A stretch of 32,000 nucleotides of DNA. Origin: Vibrio alginolyticus NBRC 15630 = ATCC 17749. Lineage in GTDB: Bacteria > Pseudomonadota > Gammaproteobacteria > Enterobacterales > Vibrionaceae. Below are positions 1 to 9,864 of this stretch, in pieces (the first letter of the stretch is position 1; every line of letters starts with the position of its first letter). Under the pieces are notes generated by a model, which searched no databases, was not told where the DNA came from, and was given only the letters and a program-made list of their open reading frames with translations. Both the position numbers and the translations under genes were made by a program. The DNA lies in assembly GCF_000354175.2 (NCBI RefSeq), contig NC_022359.1, forward strand, positions 1,440,001-1,472,000. Direction: 5' to 3'.

Positions 1-2192
1 GCTGACGGCTCAGGAGATAAATCAGGATCAGAATACAAAGACATCGTCGTTTCGGTCCCTGTGTTCGCGGTCATAATAATAATAGTGTTTTTAAAGTCTA
101 TATCTCGACCTTCACCGTCTTTAATTGAGCCTTTATCAAACACCTGATAAAAAATATCTTGAACACCAGGGTGCGCTTTTTCCATTTCATCGAGGAGAAT
201 TACACTATAAGGTTTACGTCTAACAGCTTCAGTCAGTACACCTCCTTCTCCATAACCGACATAACCAGGAGGAGAACCTAATAGCAATGAGACTTTATGC
301 TCTTCCTTAAATTCCGACATATTGATAGTCGTGACATTTTCTTCACTACCATAGACTTTCTCTGCAATCGCCAAAGCCGATTCGGTTTTACCCACTCCGC
401 TTGGTCCGGTTAGGAGAAATACACCATTTGGTCGTGTCTCATCCGTGAGCTGCGCACTCGCGGTTTTTATCACTTCAGACATGAGCTCTAAAGCGTGATC
501 CTGCCCGACAACTCGCTTACACAAACTTTCTTTCAAACCCAATACTGCTTGGATTTCATCATCCTGAAGTTTACCTAGCGGTATACCGGTCCAATCCGAA
601 ATAACTTCTGCGATTAGCGCTTCATTTACATGCGAAAAAACTAAGGGCTGTGAGTTAGCGGAAAGGTTATTTTCAAGCTCTTGTAACTTGTCTCTAGCAG
701 TTTCAGAACCCTCCTGGATTATTTGGGTTCTAAGTGACTTAGCTTCATTTACCCATTCTTTTTCTTTTTCCCAAAGTACTTCTAATTCAATAATGTCATT
801 AGATAGCGCATCAATCTCTTTTCGGACACCTTGCAGCTGCACATCAAGAGATGCTCCTAGCCGACTCTCTTGGCTAAGATGCTCATACTCAGCTTGCTTT
901 GCTTTAAGTTTGTTTCTTTTCGCATCTAGGCCTCCCGGTGTAGATGACTGACTTAACGCAACTCGAGAACAGGCCGTATCCAAAACAGAAACCGCTTTAT
1001 CTGGCAGTTGACGACCATTAATGTATCGAGCTGACAGTTGGACCGCTGCATTGAGAGCTTGGTTAGTGATATGAACATCGTGGTGTTGTGCCATTACATC
1101 AAGTAAGCCTCGTAACATTTCGATCGCGAGTTCAGGGGCAGGCTCATCAACCTTTACGACTTGAAAACGCCTAGTTAAAGCTGCATCTTTTTCAAAATAC
1201 TTTTTATACTCTGCCCACGTTGTTGCTGCGATCGTTCTGAGTTCACCTCTCGCTAATGCTGGCTTCAGAATATTCGCCGCATCACCTTGGCCCGCTTGCC
1301 CACCACCGCCAATTAGGCCATGAGCTTCATCAATGAACAATATAATAGGCTGTGGAGCGTCGTTTACTTCCTTAACAAGGTTCTTAAGCCTGTTTTCAAA
1401 CTCACCTTTCATGCCTGCGCCGGCTTGCAGTAACGCCAAATCCAGAGACTTAATTGCCACATTTTGCAGAGCGGGAGGTACATCGCCATCAATGATCTTT
1501 TGCGCCAAACCTTCAACAACGGCTGTTTTTCCAACACCAGCTTCTCCCGTAAGAATCGGGTTGTTTTGTCGGCGTCTTAATAAAATATCGATCATTAGGC
1601 GAATTTCATTATCTCTACCAATCACCGGATCTATTTTACCTTCCCTAGCTTGCTCAGTAAGGTCTGTTGTAAATTGATTCAAGGCGGAATTCGCGTTTGA
1701 CTGCGCTAAGTCATTCGATCTTGATTGAGGCGCATTACTTTCTTTAAAGTTCAATAAGCGAGATGGTTCTATCTTGTTTAGTTCAGGACTAATCGAACCA
1801 GCCATGTTGACTAACGTATCATCAGACAAGTAGGCAAATAAAAGATGGATGCACCCCAACTGTTCTTGATTGAATTCAATGGTTGCAGACAACAAGGCAT
1901 TTTGCATAACAGTCACCGTATGAGCTGATAGCCCAGGCACCGACTGGCATCCTGTTTTGTATTTTTCTAATGCCTTTTGAATATCGGTTTCAACCTTGAT
2001 TTTATCGACATCAAATTCGTCAAAAACTTCAGAGTAAATATCGTCAGGATGGCGGATAATCATCATTAACCAGTGAGACATTTCAATACTGTGATGAGTT
2101 CGGGAGCTTGCCATCGCAGCTGCCTGTTCAAGTGTTTCCTTAGCCTGAGGAGACAATCTTTCGACCAACGCTGAAAGTGAGAGTGAAGCCAT
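1..2192 (-). CDS. tssH: ClpV/TssH AAA+ ATPase of the T6SS; partial, C-terminus lies beyond the window start
   Basis: Absent from the supplied ORF track because there is no in-window stop. My own minus-strand translation from the ATG at 2192-2190 reads MASLSLSALVERLSPQAKETLEQAAAMASSRTHHSIEMSHW... In the parts I translated (the 5' region, the motif regions below and the last 240 nt down to base 1) I met no stop. Motifs: Walker A GEAGVGKTA (1521-1547), Walker B ILFIDEAH (1320-1343), second Walker A GPSGVGKTE (381-407), second Walker B ILLDEMEKAHP (168-200). It sits 10 nt downstream of tssG in the same operon. Confidence 0.9.
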   Translation of the reverse strand, partial: MASLSLSALVERLSPQAKETLEQAAAMASSRTHHSIEMSHWLMMIIRHPDDIYSEVFDEFDVDKIKVETDIQKALEKYKTGCQSVPGLSAHTVTVMQNALLSATIEFNQEQLGCIHLLFAYLSDDTLVNMAGSISPELNKIEPSRLLNFKESNAPQSRSNDLAQSNANSALNQFTTDLTEQAREGKIDPVIGRDNEIRLMIDILLRRRQNNPILTGEAGVGKTAVVEGLAQKIIDGDVPPALQNVAIKSLDLALLQAGAGMKGEFENRLKNLVKEVNDAPQPIILFIDEAHGLIGGGGQAGQGDAANILKPALARGELRTIAATTWAEYKKYFEKDAALTRRFQVVKVDEPAPELAIEMLRGLLDVMAQHHDVHITNQALNAAVQLSARYINGRQLPDKAVSVLDTACSRVALSQSSTPGGLDAKRNKLKAKQAEYEHLSQESRLGASLDVQLQGVRKEIDALSNDIIELEVLWEKEKEWVNEAKSLRTQIIQEGSETARDKLQELENNLSANSQPLVFSHVNEALIAEVISDWTGIPLGKLQDDEIQAVLGLKESLCKRVVGQDHALELMSEVIKTASAQLTDETRPNGVFLLTGPSGVGKTESALAIAEKVYGSEENVTTINMSEFKEEHKVSLLLGSPPGYVGYGEGGVLTEAVRRKPYSVILLDEMEKAHPGVQDIFYQVFDKGSIKDGEGRDIDFKNTIIIMTANTGTETTMSLYSDPDLSPEPS

Positions 2193-2202
2193 TACATTTC
2201 CT

Positions 2203-3168
2203 TTAAATAGTAATTGTTATAGTTCGATCTTTTGTACGTTCGTGTTTTTTAAGCACAGAACCAATACCTAACTGCCCCTGCTGTTTCGATAAACAAGCTT
2301 GTGGTAGCAAACTATGTTTGGTGGTGAGCTGCCACTTCAGTTGTTTATGTTTTCCAATCAACTCATAAGCAGCGTTCTTAATGATTGCTATATTGGGTTG
2401 GTTAGGAAGCAATTTACTAACTAGCTGTTTATCTTTTGGCAGAAATTCTATTGTTGTCCCCGCGTTGATGTTCCATGCTTTCGAACCCAAAGACGCTCCT
2501 AAACCAAGTTGAGCAAACTGCCCTTCAGGCATAGTTCGGGATGCAAGGCGTGTTTGCTCTTCTTTCGTAAGGTGTAACCATTGTCCTTGAAATTCATGAA
2601 CTTTTACTTGGCATCCAGATAAACATTCAAGAATACTTTTCAGTCCACCTTTACTTCTCACTGGTGAAGCAAACACACCACCATAGTGCCGGGACAGTGA
2701 ACTCCCTTTCCCAGTTAATGCCGATTTACAGCTTTCTAACGGCGAACGCGCGCCCTGCGCATGCGCACGAGACTGAACAGTCAGCTGACTCAGTTGCCAA
2801 CATCGATAATAAAGAGATAATAAGCGATGATTGAAAATATCGTAGAAGTCCACCATAGCCGTATCGCCTTCTTTTTGGCGATGTAAAGCTAATTCACTAT
2901 AGTGCTGGGGAAGCACACCTTGCTCACCCGTTAGGCCTATTAAATTGGTCTCAATCTCTAACTTGCTGTCATCTATATTTTTCAGTTCACAAAGCTGAGC
3001 ATTTTCAAAACCTAATGATGGATTAACCTTTAAGTTTAGCTTTTCATGCTTCGGTAACGCATCTGTTCCTATTTGCGCCTCTGCTTGCAGAACTTCGTGT
3101 TCAATAAGATGAATCGCTTCAAACAATGGATGTTGCTTTAATTCTCGATAAAATTGTTCCGCGCTCAT
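2203..3168 (-). CDS. tssG: T6SS baseplate subunit TssG (ImpH)
   Basis: 321-aa ORF with a 4-nt overlap with tssF. Its position and size match TssG in the tssE-tssF-tssG-clpV order. The N-terminus ...HPLFEAIHLIEH... resembles the TssG N-terminal motif. Confidence 0.85.
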   Translation of the reverse strand: MSAEQFYRELKQHPLFEAIHLIEHEVLQAEAQIGTDALPKHEKLNLKVNPSLGFENAQLCELKNIDDSKLEIETNLIGLTGEQGVLPQHYSELALHRQKEGDTAMVDFYDIFNHRLLSLYYRCWQLSQLTVQSRAHAQGARSPLESCKSALTGKGSSLSRHYGGVFASPVRSKGGLKSILECLSGCQVKVHEFQGQWLHLTKEEQTRLASRTMPEGQFAQLGLGASLGSKAWNINAGTTIEFLPKDKQLVSKLLPNQPNIAIIKNAAYELIGKHKQLKWQLTTKHSLLPQACLSKQQGQLGIGSVLKKHERTKDRTITITI

Positions 3169-4988
3169 AGCAACACCTTATCGCCAGTTAATGCGGGCCA
3201 TAGGTGGAAAGACTTTCCCGTGGACTTAATTCTTATTTCTAACTGCGTAAAAATGTTAATTTCAGCATATTGCGAGAAGTAAACAGATAAAACACTACCT
3301 AAGAGAAAGATCTGCTCTTTAGGTAAAATTTGATCAGAAACCGTCAAAATAATTTTTATACCGTGCGCAAATCCAACTTTGCCTTTCTGACTAATTCTTC
3401 CTGTAGTAGGCTCAAACTCTAACTTAGTTAAAGCATCGATTACCGCTTTCGTTTCTGCTGTCCCAGAAAATGCATAGAGATTAAGGGTCTGCTTCAAAGT
3501 TGCTAAACCATCTTCCTCGGTAAAATGGTTTAAAGTTAAAAGCTTAGTTAACTGCCATCGTGTGCTTTCATCCATTTCTGGCCGAATAGTTTCTGATAAA
3601 GAAACTAAACAACGAACAGATTCGAAATTGTCATTTACCTCCGGTAAAGATACTTGCGGCAGCCCACCTCCAAATGGAAGTTTCTGCGCTAAGTTGCGGT
3701 TACAGCACTCAGCTTCCACGTACATTAACCAGTTTTCCCGGCTATCCGGGCTGAACAATTGATGTTTTTTATCAACAAAAGAAATGTAAGTTTCTCTACC
3801 TGGCTCATCATACCCACCAGCCCAGTTCTTATCCTCACGTCTCATCAACCAATAAATCTCACTAGTGTTTGTATAATGCGTGTGCTCACCAGCGTGATAA
3901 CATGGCAAATTGTGGTACGTTTTGTTCCAGTTTCTCAACGTTACGTCAGAAATTGAGACAACCTCATTACTTTCAGATTCTTGGTATTGCGGAGACAAGT
4001 GGTAATCGTATTCAGTTGGTAGAATACGCTTAGGCTCCATAATACTTTTAAATAAGTTGATTACAGGCACACAACCTACCATTAAGCTTTCTTCGTCCAC
4101 TTGCTTTGGAAGCCAGTCATCGTTGGTATCAAAGTAAAAATACAGTTCGACTTGCTCTCCAAGATCTAGCTCAGATAATCCAAGTTCGGTGATATCAAAG
4201 AACATAAACTTCTCAGGAAAGTGCAAATACTCAACAAGTAATCTTGCTCCTGAAAAGCTTCTTTTACTGTATGGCACAACTTTCTCATCTTCTGAAAATC
4301 CTACTTCAGAAAGATGTCTTTTGGTTAAAGGACGAACTTCTTTGCCATCCACAACAACAGATAAACCAATTAGGTTTTGAAACAGCATTTGGTAGAGCTT
4401 AAAAGTCAATTGAGATTGACCGTTTAAATAGAAGCGCAGCCGTTCTATCCCCATTTCACCAAGAGGAGTCTCTTCATCTTGAGCCGTGAGCTGTACTTTC
4501 AAAACTGAATGAGCATTGCTTTCCCATCGTGAGCCAACTGGCTTGAAAGGCGCATTTTTAAAAACGCCAGAGGTCACATCAACAGGATACATTCTGACCG
4601 GATAACAAGTTCTAAACTCGCATTCATGATATCCAGTAGCACCGATAACAACTCGCTCGCCTTCTTCTACATCAAAATAAGAGGAAGTGGAGTTAGAACA
4701 GCTCATTTTAATGACTGACATTGACGGGATTGGGGCGTGAAAATCCGGATATAACTGTCCCATCAAAGACTCTGTAAACTGAGGGTAACTATTGTCTAAG
4801 CTTTGTCTAATCCTTGCTGTTAGAAATGCGCAGCCTTCTAACAATCTTTCTACGTGTGGATCGTCAACCTGTTCCTCACTAATACGAAGTCTCGCGGCAA
4901 TCTTGGGATACTGCTCACCAAACTCTTGCCCTTTGTGACGCAAATAAGCTAACTCGCGATTATAGTACTTGAGAAACTCTTCACTCAT
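3165..4988 (-). CDS. tssF: T6SS baseplate subunit TssF (ImpG)
   Basis: 607-aa ORF. The N-terminus MSEEFLKYYNRELAYLRHKGQEFGEQYPKIAARL matches the characteristic TssF start (YY..EL.YLR..G.EF...P.IA..L). It overlaps tssE by 4 nt. Confidence 0.92.
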   Translation of the reverse strand: MSEEFLKYYNRELAYLRHKGQEFGEQYPKIAARLRISEEQVDDPHVERLLEGCAFLTARIRQSLDNSYPQFTESLMGQLYPDFHAPIPSMSVIKMSCSNSTSSYFDVEEGERVVIGATGYHECEFRTCYPVRMYPVDVTSGVFKNAPFKPVGSRWESNAHSVLKVQLTAQDEETPLGEMGIERLRFYLNGQSQLTFKLYQMLFQNLIGLSVVVDGKEVRPLTKRHLSEVGFSEDEKVVPYSKRSFSGARLLVEYLHFPEKFMFFDITELGLSELDLGEQVELYFYFDTNDDWLPKQVDEESLMVGCVPVINLFKSIMEPKRILPTEYDYHLSPQYQESESNEVVSISDVTLRNWNKTYHNLPCYHAGEHTHYTNTSEIYWLMRREDKNWAGGYDEPGRETYISFVDKKHQLFSPDSRENWLMYVEAECCNRNLAQKLPFGGGLPQVSLPEVNDNFESVRCLVSLSETIRPEMDESTRWQLTKLLTLNHFTEEDGLATLKQTLNLYAFSGTAETKAVIDALTKLEFEPTTGRISQKGKVGFAHGIKIILTVSDQILPKEQIFLLGSVLSVYFSQYAEINIFTQLEIRIKSTGKSFHLWPALTGDKVLL

Positions 4989-5449
4989 TTTGCTCTACTC
5001 AGTTTCATACCTAAATTTACCGGCTCTACTTCAGAATTGAATCGCACTTCATGAATACTGTTATCAATTAAGCAAGTGGCATTTATCTGTAACCTCAATA
5101 CCCTATCAATAGCGTTTTTCTCGTCCGAAATCTGGACATGAGGGTTCCTTAACCTCGGCTCAAACTCTTTAATTGCTTCATGAACGATGTCGCAAAGCTG
5201 ATTCTGCCCTTCTTGGCTGCTATAGGGCATTGAGGAAAAATCTGGCAGCCCATAGTTCAATATTGAATAACGAACCTCTAGAAGATCATCAGGAATATTT
5301 TTCCATCCAATACGACTATTCAGCATCGACTCTAGATCTCTAAGTAAGCTGCTCAACATCTGTTGCTGGCTTGCAGGGAAGTCTTTCTCATCTCGAGTGA
5401 GAGGATCACTATCTATCAATTTGTCGAGCAGAGAAACGGTTAACGACAT
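4985..5449 (-). CDS. tssE: T6SS baseplate subunit TssE (gp25-like, ImpF)
   Basis: 154-aa ORF. Size, the N-terminal SLLDKLID.DP motif and its position immediately upstream of tssF fit gp25-like TssE. Confidence 0.88.
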   Translation of the reverse strand: MSLTVSLLDKLIDSDPLTRDEKDFPASQQQMLSSLLRDLESMLNSRIGWKNIPDDLLEVRYSILNYGLPDFSSMPYSSQEGQNQLCDIVHEAIKEFEPRLRNPHVQISDEKNAIDRVLRLQINATCLIDNSIHEVRFNSEVEPVNLGMKLSRAK

Positions 5450-5456
5450 GATATTT

Positions 5457-6251
5457 CTACGCTATTTGTTTCTGTTCTAATAATGTAGTCAAATCACAGA
5501 TTGGAAGCGCTGAGTCACCGACTAACCAACATTTTTGACCCAAGCCAACAAAAGATTCTTGCTCACCAATCTGCTTCCAATCCGTTTCTCGGCCTAACTT
5601 TTGTGCATCGGTCTCTGAGTCGACATACGTCAAAGGCATATGGCCTTCGCCTTCACCAAGTCCATCGATATCAAACTCGACAGGTCGCCAAATACTTTCT
5701 AACAAAGAAGTAGGTGCTTTAACTTCTAGCGTATGGATGCTCGATATGGGTACAAGAAAATAGTTACCTGCTGTAGAAAACAGTTCAATGTAACCACCTA
5801 AACGATCATCAATATCTCTAGCATCTTCGTAGTTTGTGCCGTTTACGTTAAACCCTTTAATAGTACGACGCTCTTCAATGCGATGCGATAGACGTGACGC
5901 TTCTTCGTACTCTTGATTTCCGAGAGCAAGATTAAATCGAACAAGCTCTTTAGTTAATTCCTCATCACCTAATACTTTGGCACTAGCCGCACCATTGATA
6001 AAATCCTTTCTAGCTTGAGCTGCTTTCACTAAATGTCGTAGCTGACTTGCACCAGGCAGATACTCAGGAAACAATTTAATCGATTGCATGAGCTGAGCGT
6101 CCGCACGCTCGAAGTCCCCATCAATGCAAAGAAGCTCAATGAAGGAACTTCTCAAGCTCGCATCTTTAGGGGTTGCTTTAATTTCATCAATTAATTGCTC
6201 TAGAGCGTGTTGCAATAGGCCTTGGGACAAAGCATTTTTCCATTGAGTCAT
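5457..6251 (-). CDS. tagJ: T6SS accessory protein TagJ (ImpE family, TPR-like N-terminus)
   Basis: 264-aa ORF between the sheath genes and tssE, which is the ImpE position of imp-type clusters. It has a helical repeat N-terminal half followed by a beta-rich C-terminal half. Assignment rests on synteny plus overall sequence character. Confidence 0.75.
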   Translation of the reverse strand: MTQWKNALSQGLLQHALEQLIDEIKATPKDASLRSSFIELLCIDGDFERADAQLMQSIKLFPEYLPGASQLRHLVKAAQARKDFINGAASAKVLGDEELTKELVRFNLALGNQEYEEASRLSHRIEERRTIKGFNVNGTNYEDARDIDDRLGGYIELFSTAGNYFLVPISSIHTLEVKAPTSLLESIWRPVEFDIDGLGEGEGHMPLTYVDSETDAQKLGRETDWKQIGEQESFVGLGQKCWLVGDSALPICDLTTLLEQKQIA

Positions 6252-6261
6252 TGTTATTTCC

Positions 6262-7773
6262 TTACACCATGTGCTCTGGTGATAATTCGGTAATTAATTT
6301 AATGCTAGATACCATTTGATCGAGTTGAAAATGCGGTCGCAAATGGATAACTGAGTAATAATGTCCAGGAGTTTCTCTTTTCTCTCGAACTGTAATTTTC
6401 GCTTCATTTAGGGGGTATTTAGCTCGAAGCTCATCAGACGCTTCATCTGATGCGGTAGTGTACTGATGTAACCAGCGTTGAAAGTCACGCTCTAGGCTTT
6501 CTGCGTCTTGATACCCACCAATTTTGTCACGCCCCATAACCTTGAGATAATGTGCGACTCGCGATACACACAATGTGTATTGCAACATCGATGTCAGTTT
6601 TGCATTCGTTGAAATATGCTTTTCTGCGTATTGTTTGGGCTTGTAGAGAGATACATTCGAGGTCATCCCTACCATATCAGTCTCAGGTATTGGAGAAATA
6701 GAAATAAAACCGCACTCAGACAATTCTTGCTCTTTTCTCTCAGTGATTTTCAAGTTTAACGGACATCTTTCACGATCATTCTTGCCATTAACACGCATCG
6801 TGCTCCTTGTAGGAGCGGCGATAATACCCTGACTGTAATCGCCTTGTTTAATCCCTCGCATATGCGTGAACCAACCATGTTCCTGAAATGCTCTAATTGA
6901 TACAGCAGCAAAACAGTACGCACTACTCCCCCATAGCAAATCTCGGTTGGAGTCGTAGATGTGTTCTTGAAAATTGAATTTATCATTCCGCGAGCCATCA
7001 CTTTTGTATGGCTGACGGAACAAGACGTTAGGTGCAGTCAAACCAATAAATTTAGCGTCATCGTTATCTCTCAAACTACGCCACTTTGCATAATCTTCCT
7101 GTTCAAATTGGGCTGCTATATCTCTTATCGCAGAGAGTTGAGCGAAACTATCAACACCAAACATCTCTGGCGATGCAGACATGATAAATGGGCTGAATGC
7201 TGCAGCTGCAGACTGAGAGATCTTACTCAACACAGACAGATCTCTATCAAAATAATTTTTACTAGGATCACAGCGAAGCTGATAATCTCCAACCACCACA
7301 CCAAAGGGTTCTCCCCCTGCCATGCCATATTCATTTTGATAGAGCAACTTAAATAGTGCTGATTGGTCAAACTCGATGGCTTTTAAAGCATCTTTACTGA
7401 TTTCATTCCATGTCGCCGTTAAAACCTTAACTTTTACAGAGTCCGATGAACGAGAATCAACCTGTTCACATAAATACCTAACTCCAACCCACCCCCTTTC
7501 GAGCTGTTGAAACTCAGGATGATGTAATATTTCATTTAGTTGAGATTCTAATAGCTCATCAATGCGGTTAATTGTGTTCATCACACTATGACGAAAGCTG
7601 TCCAAATCTCTTGAACGTGTACCTTCTAGCCAAATTCGCGCTGACGCTACAAGATCAGAAGATTCATTGAATCGAGTCAACCACGGGCTATCAAGTTCAG
7701 CGTAGCCTCCGGTACTGAACTCATGTTTTAGCTTGCTAGGGTCGCGAAAGTTAAGTGACACTGCTAATTCCAT
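6262..7773 (-). CDS. Second TssC/VipB-family sheath-like protein (ImpD-like paralog)
   Basis: 503-aa ORF sharing conserved blocks with the adjacent TssC. HHPEFQQLERGWVGVRYL matches [30 protein letters not shown] matches [29 protein letters not shown] matches [31 protein letters not shown] matches [14 protein letters not shown]. The N-terminal ~70 aa are unrelated. Confidence 0.88.
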   Translation of the reverse strand: MELAVSLNFRDPSKLKHEFSTGGYAELDSPWLTRFNESSDLVASARIWLEGTRSRDLDSFRHSVMNTINRIDELLESQLNEILHHPEFQQLERGWVGVRYLCEQVDSRSSDSVKVKVLTATWNEISKDALKAIEFDQSALFKLLYQNEYGMAGGEPFGVVVGDYQLRCDPSKNYFDRDLSVLSKISQSAAAAFSPFIMSASPEMFGVDSFAQLSAIRDIAAQFEQEDYAKWRSLRDNDDAKFIGLTAPNVLFRQPYKSDGSRNDKFNFQEHIYDSNRDLLWGSSAYCFAAVSIRAFQEHGWFTHMRGIKQGDYSQGIIAAPTRSTMRVNGKNDRERCPLNLKITERKEQELSECGFISISPIPETDMVGMTSNVSLYKPKQYAEKHISTNAKLTSMLQYTLCVSRVAHYLKVMGRDKIGGYQDAESLERDFQRWLHQYTTASDEASDELRAKYPLNEAKITVREKRETPGHYYSVIHLRPHFQLDQMVSSIKLITELSPEHMV

Positions 7774-7794
7774 CTAGAACATAAAGATTGGTCA

Positions 7795-7816
7795 TGGCTG
7801 GCCTTTCGACCAGCCA
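7795..7816 (-). promoter_or_regulatory. Intercistronic stem-loop between the two tssC paralogs
   Basis: 7-bp stem TGGCTGG (7795-7801) / CCAGCCA (7810-7816) with an 8-nt loop. It lies in the only sizeable gap (52 nt) of the 16-gene operon. On the transcribed strand it is followed by a moderately U-rich stretch. Confidence 0.35.
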
Positions 7817-7825
7817 ATTCATTTC

Positions 7826-9319
7826 TTATCCACCTGACTGAGGGATCTTGGCCACAAGTCGCAAAGATGTCGTCAGTTCTTCCATTTGCAACCAAGGTTT
7901 CAGCCATGCTACGGCATTGTAAGAACCAGGTGCGCCAGGAATTTCCTTAACCTGAACACGAGCGTCTGCTAGAGGGTATTTCGCTCTGATCTCTTGACCA
8001 CCGCCTTCAGAAGCATTGACGTAACCTAGGATCCAGCGGTTCAGCCAAGACTCAACGTCTTCTGCTTCCATAAAGCTACCAATTTTATCTCGAGCCATTA
8101 CTTTCAAATAATGCGCAAAACGAGATGTTGCCATCATATAAGGTAGGCGGGCAGAAATGGCCGCATTGGCCGTTGCTTCAGGGGATTCATGGTTCGCTGG
8201 TTTTTGACAGGTTTGCGCACCAAAGAACACTGCATAGTTGGTGTTTTTGTAGTGACAAAGCGGTAAGAAACCAAGCTTACCAAGCTCCGCCTCACGTCTG
8301 TCGGTAATACCAATCTCTGTTGGGCACTTCATATCAGGGTCGCCATCATCACTCATGAAGAAATGCGTTGGCAAGTTATCCACTCGACCACCGCCTTCTG
8401 CACCACGGATGGCAGTACAAAATCCATATTTTGAAAATGCGTCGGTTAACTTAACACCAAGAACATACGAAGAGTTCATCCAACAGTAGTCGTTATGTTC
8501 AGCGTTAACAGCAATACCTGAAACAGGATCTACTTCGAACTCTTCAAACCCAAACTCTTCGACTGGAGCGGTAGCTTGTCCGTATGGCAAACGAGCAAGG
8601 ACTTTTGGCATCGTCAGACTAACGAAGCGCGAATCGGCACTCTCGCGGAACGAACGCCATTGGGCGTATTCTAGTGATTCAAATACCTTATCTAGGTCGC
8701 GTGGTTTTGACAGCTCAGTCCACTCATCAAAGCCGAATAGTGCTGGTGAAGCCGCGGACAAGAATGGAGAGAAGCCAGAAGCCGCTACATTTGACATTAG
8801 GCGTAACGACTCAATATCTTCTGGGTGGTTGGTAAACTCATAGTCTCCAATCAATGCACCATACGGTTCACCACCAGCACTACCAAACTCAGACTCGTAA
8901 ACCTTTTTAAAGATCTGGCTTTGATCAAACTCAACAGCTTTGCTCAAGTCTTTATGTAGCTCTTTCTTGGTCATGCTCATCATGCGAACTTTCAGAGTAG
9001 AGCTGGTCTCTGAATTCATCACTAGATAATTTAAGCCGCGCCAAGAACCTTCGAGTTTCTGTAATTCTGGGTGATGCATTACTTCAGACAACTGATCAGA
9101 AATCTGCCTATCGAGCAAATTAATCGCTTCACGAAAAGTTACTGTTAGGTTTTTGTTCCAAGTAACTGTCCCTTTCATTGCTTCTTCAGCGAGCGTTTTA
9201 ATCAGCTCCTCAGCACGAGAAGCTTCGGTCTGCTTAGTCGCACCAATAGCTTGATCTAAGAATGAAGTTGTCTGTTCATTAACTGTTGGATCTAACTGTT
9301 TTTCAGCTTCAGTCGTCAT
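7826..9319 (-). CDS. tssC: T6SS contractile sheath large subunit TssC (VipB/ImpC)
   Basis: 497-aa ORF directly following tssB with a 1-nt overlap at 9319. It carries the conserved TssC blocks listed for the paralog. Confidence 0.95.
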   Translation of the reverse strand: MTTEAEKQLDPTVNEQTTSFLDQAIGATKQTEASRAEELIKTLAEEAMKGTVTWNKNLTVTFREAINLLDRQISDQLSEVMHHPELQKLEGSWRGLNYLVMNSETSSTLKVRMMSMTKKELHKDLSKAVEFDQSQIFKKVYESEFGSAGGEPYGALIGDYEFTNHPEDIESLRLMSNVAASGFSPFLSAASPALFGFDEWTELSKPRDLDKVFESLEYAQWRSFRESADSRFVSLTMPKVLARLPYGQATAPVEEFGFEEFEVDPVSGIAVNAEHNDYCWMNSSYVLGVKLTDAFSKYGFCTAIRGAEGGGRVDNLPTHFFMSDDGDPDMKCPTEIGITDRREAELGKLGFLPLCHYKNTNYAVFFGAQTCQKPANHESPEATANAAISARLPYMMATSRFAHYLKVMARDKIGSFMEAEDVESWLNRWILGYVNASEGGGQEIRAKYPLADARVQVKEIPGAPGSYNAVAWLKPWLQMEELTTSLRLVAKIPQSGG

Positions 9320-9849
9320 TATTCCGCTCCTTCAGTACTGTCTGACTTCGCTTTCTTGTCAAGATCTAACTCGCCTGCAAGTCTTGCCAGATTGTCCGTA
9401 TTGTTCAAAACATCCTCTAGGATATTTTCAAGCTCTTCTGAGCGGTCAACTTTTGTCATCAAATCACGCAGTTTATTACGCGTTTCCATCAATTGGCGTA
9501 GTGGATCAACTTGATTTACGATCGCAGCAGGCTCAAAGTCTTGCATTGATTTAAAGTTTAAATCGACCTCAAACTGTGAATCGTCATTCGCAAGCTTATT
9601 CGCAACTTTAAACTTCACCGATGGATTCATTTTTTTGAGTACATCGTCAAAGTTATCTCGATCGATCTGAATAAAACGGCGGTCTTTTAATGGCTTCAAC
9701 GCTTCTGTGTTTTGACCAGCGAAATCACCCATTACACCTACAACAAAAGGCAGTTCTTTCTTAAGAGTTGTACCTTCAGTTTCAACATCATAGGTAATGT
9801 GGACACGAGGCTTCCGTACTCGTGATAGTTTCGAGTGGATACTCGTCAT
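9319..9849 (-). CDS. tssB: T6SS contractile sheath small subunit TssB (VipA/ImpB)
   Basis: 176-aa ORF. The N-terminus ...[36 protein letters not shown] is the typical TssB signature. Confidence 0.95.
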   Translation of the reverse strand: MTSIHSKLSRVRKPRVHITYDVETEGTTLKKELPFVVGVMGDFAGQNTEALKPLKDRRFIQIDRDNFDDVLKKMNPSVKFKVANKLANDDSQFEVDLNFKSMQDFEPAAIVNQVDPLRQLMETRNKLRDLMTKVDRSEELENILEDVLNNTDNLARLAGELDLDKKAKSDSTEGAE

Positions 9850-9864
9850 ACCATTCTCCCTTTA

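Noticed and set aside
688-1677. Plus-strand ORFs 688-951 (87 aa) and 1333-1677 (114 aa)
   Set aside because: They lie antisense within the clpV reading frame, which carries unmistakable AAA+ motifs. Their translations are low-complexity (S/F/C-rich) with no recognisable motifs.
3562-4380. Three plus-strand ORFs (63-66 aa) inside tssF
   Set aside because: They are antisense to a well-supported 607-aa TssF gene. They are short, have no SD and do not look protein-like.
6756-7356. ORFs 6756-7001 (-) and 6961-7356 (+) inside the second tssC paralog
   Set aside because: They are alternative-frame or antisense ORFs overlapping a gene with strong family blocks. Their composition (C/I/F-rich) looks like frame-shifted translation.
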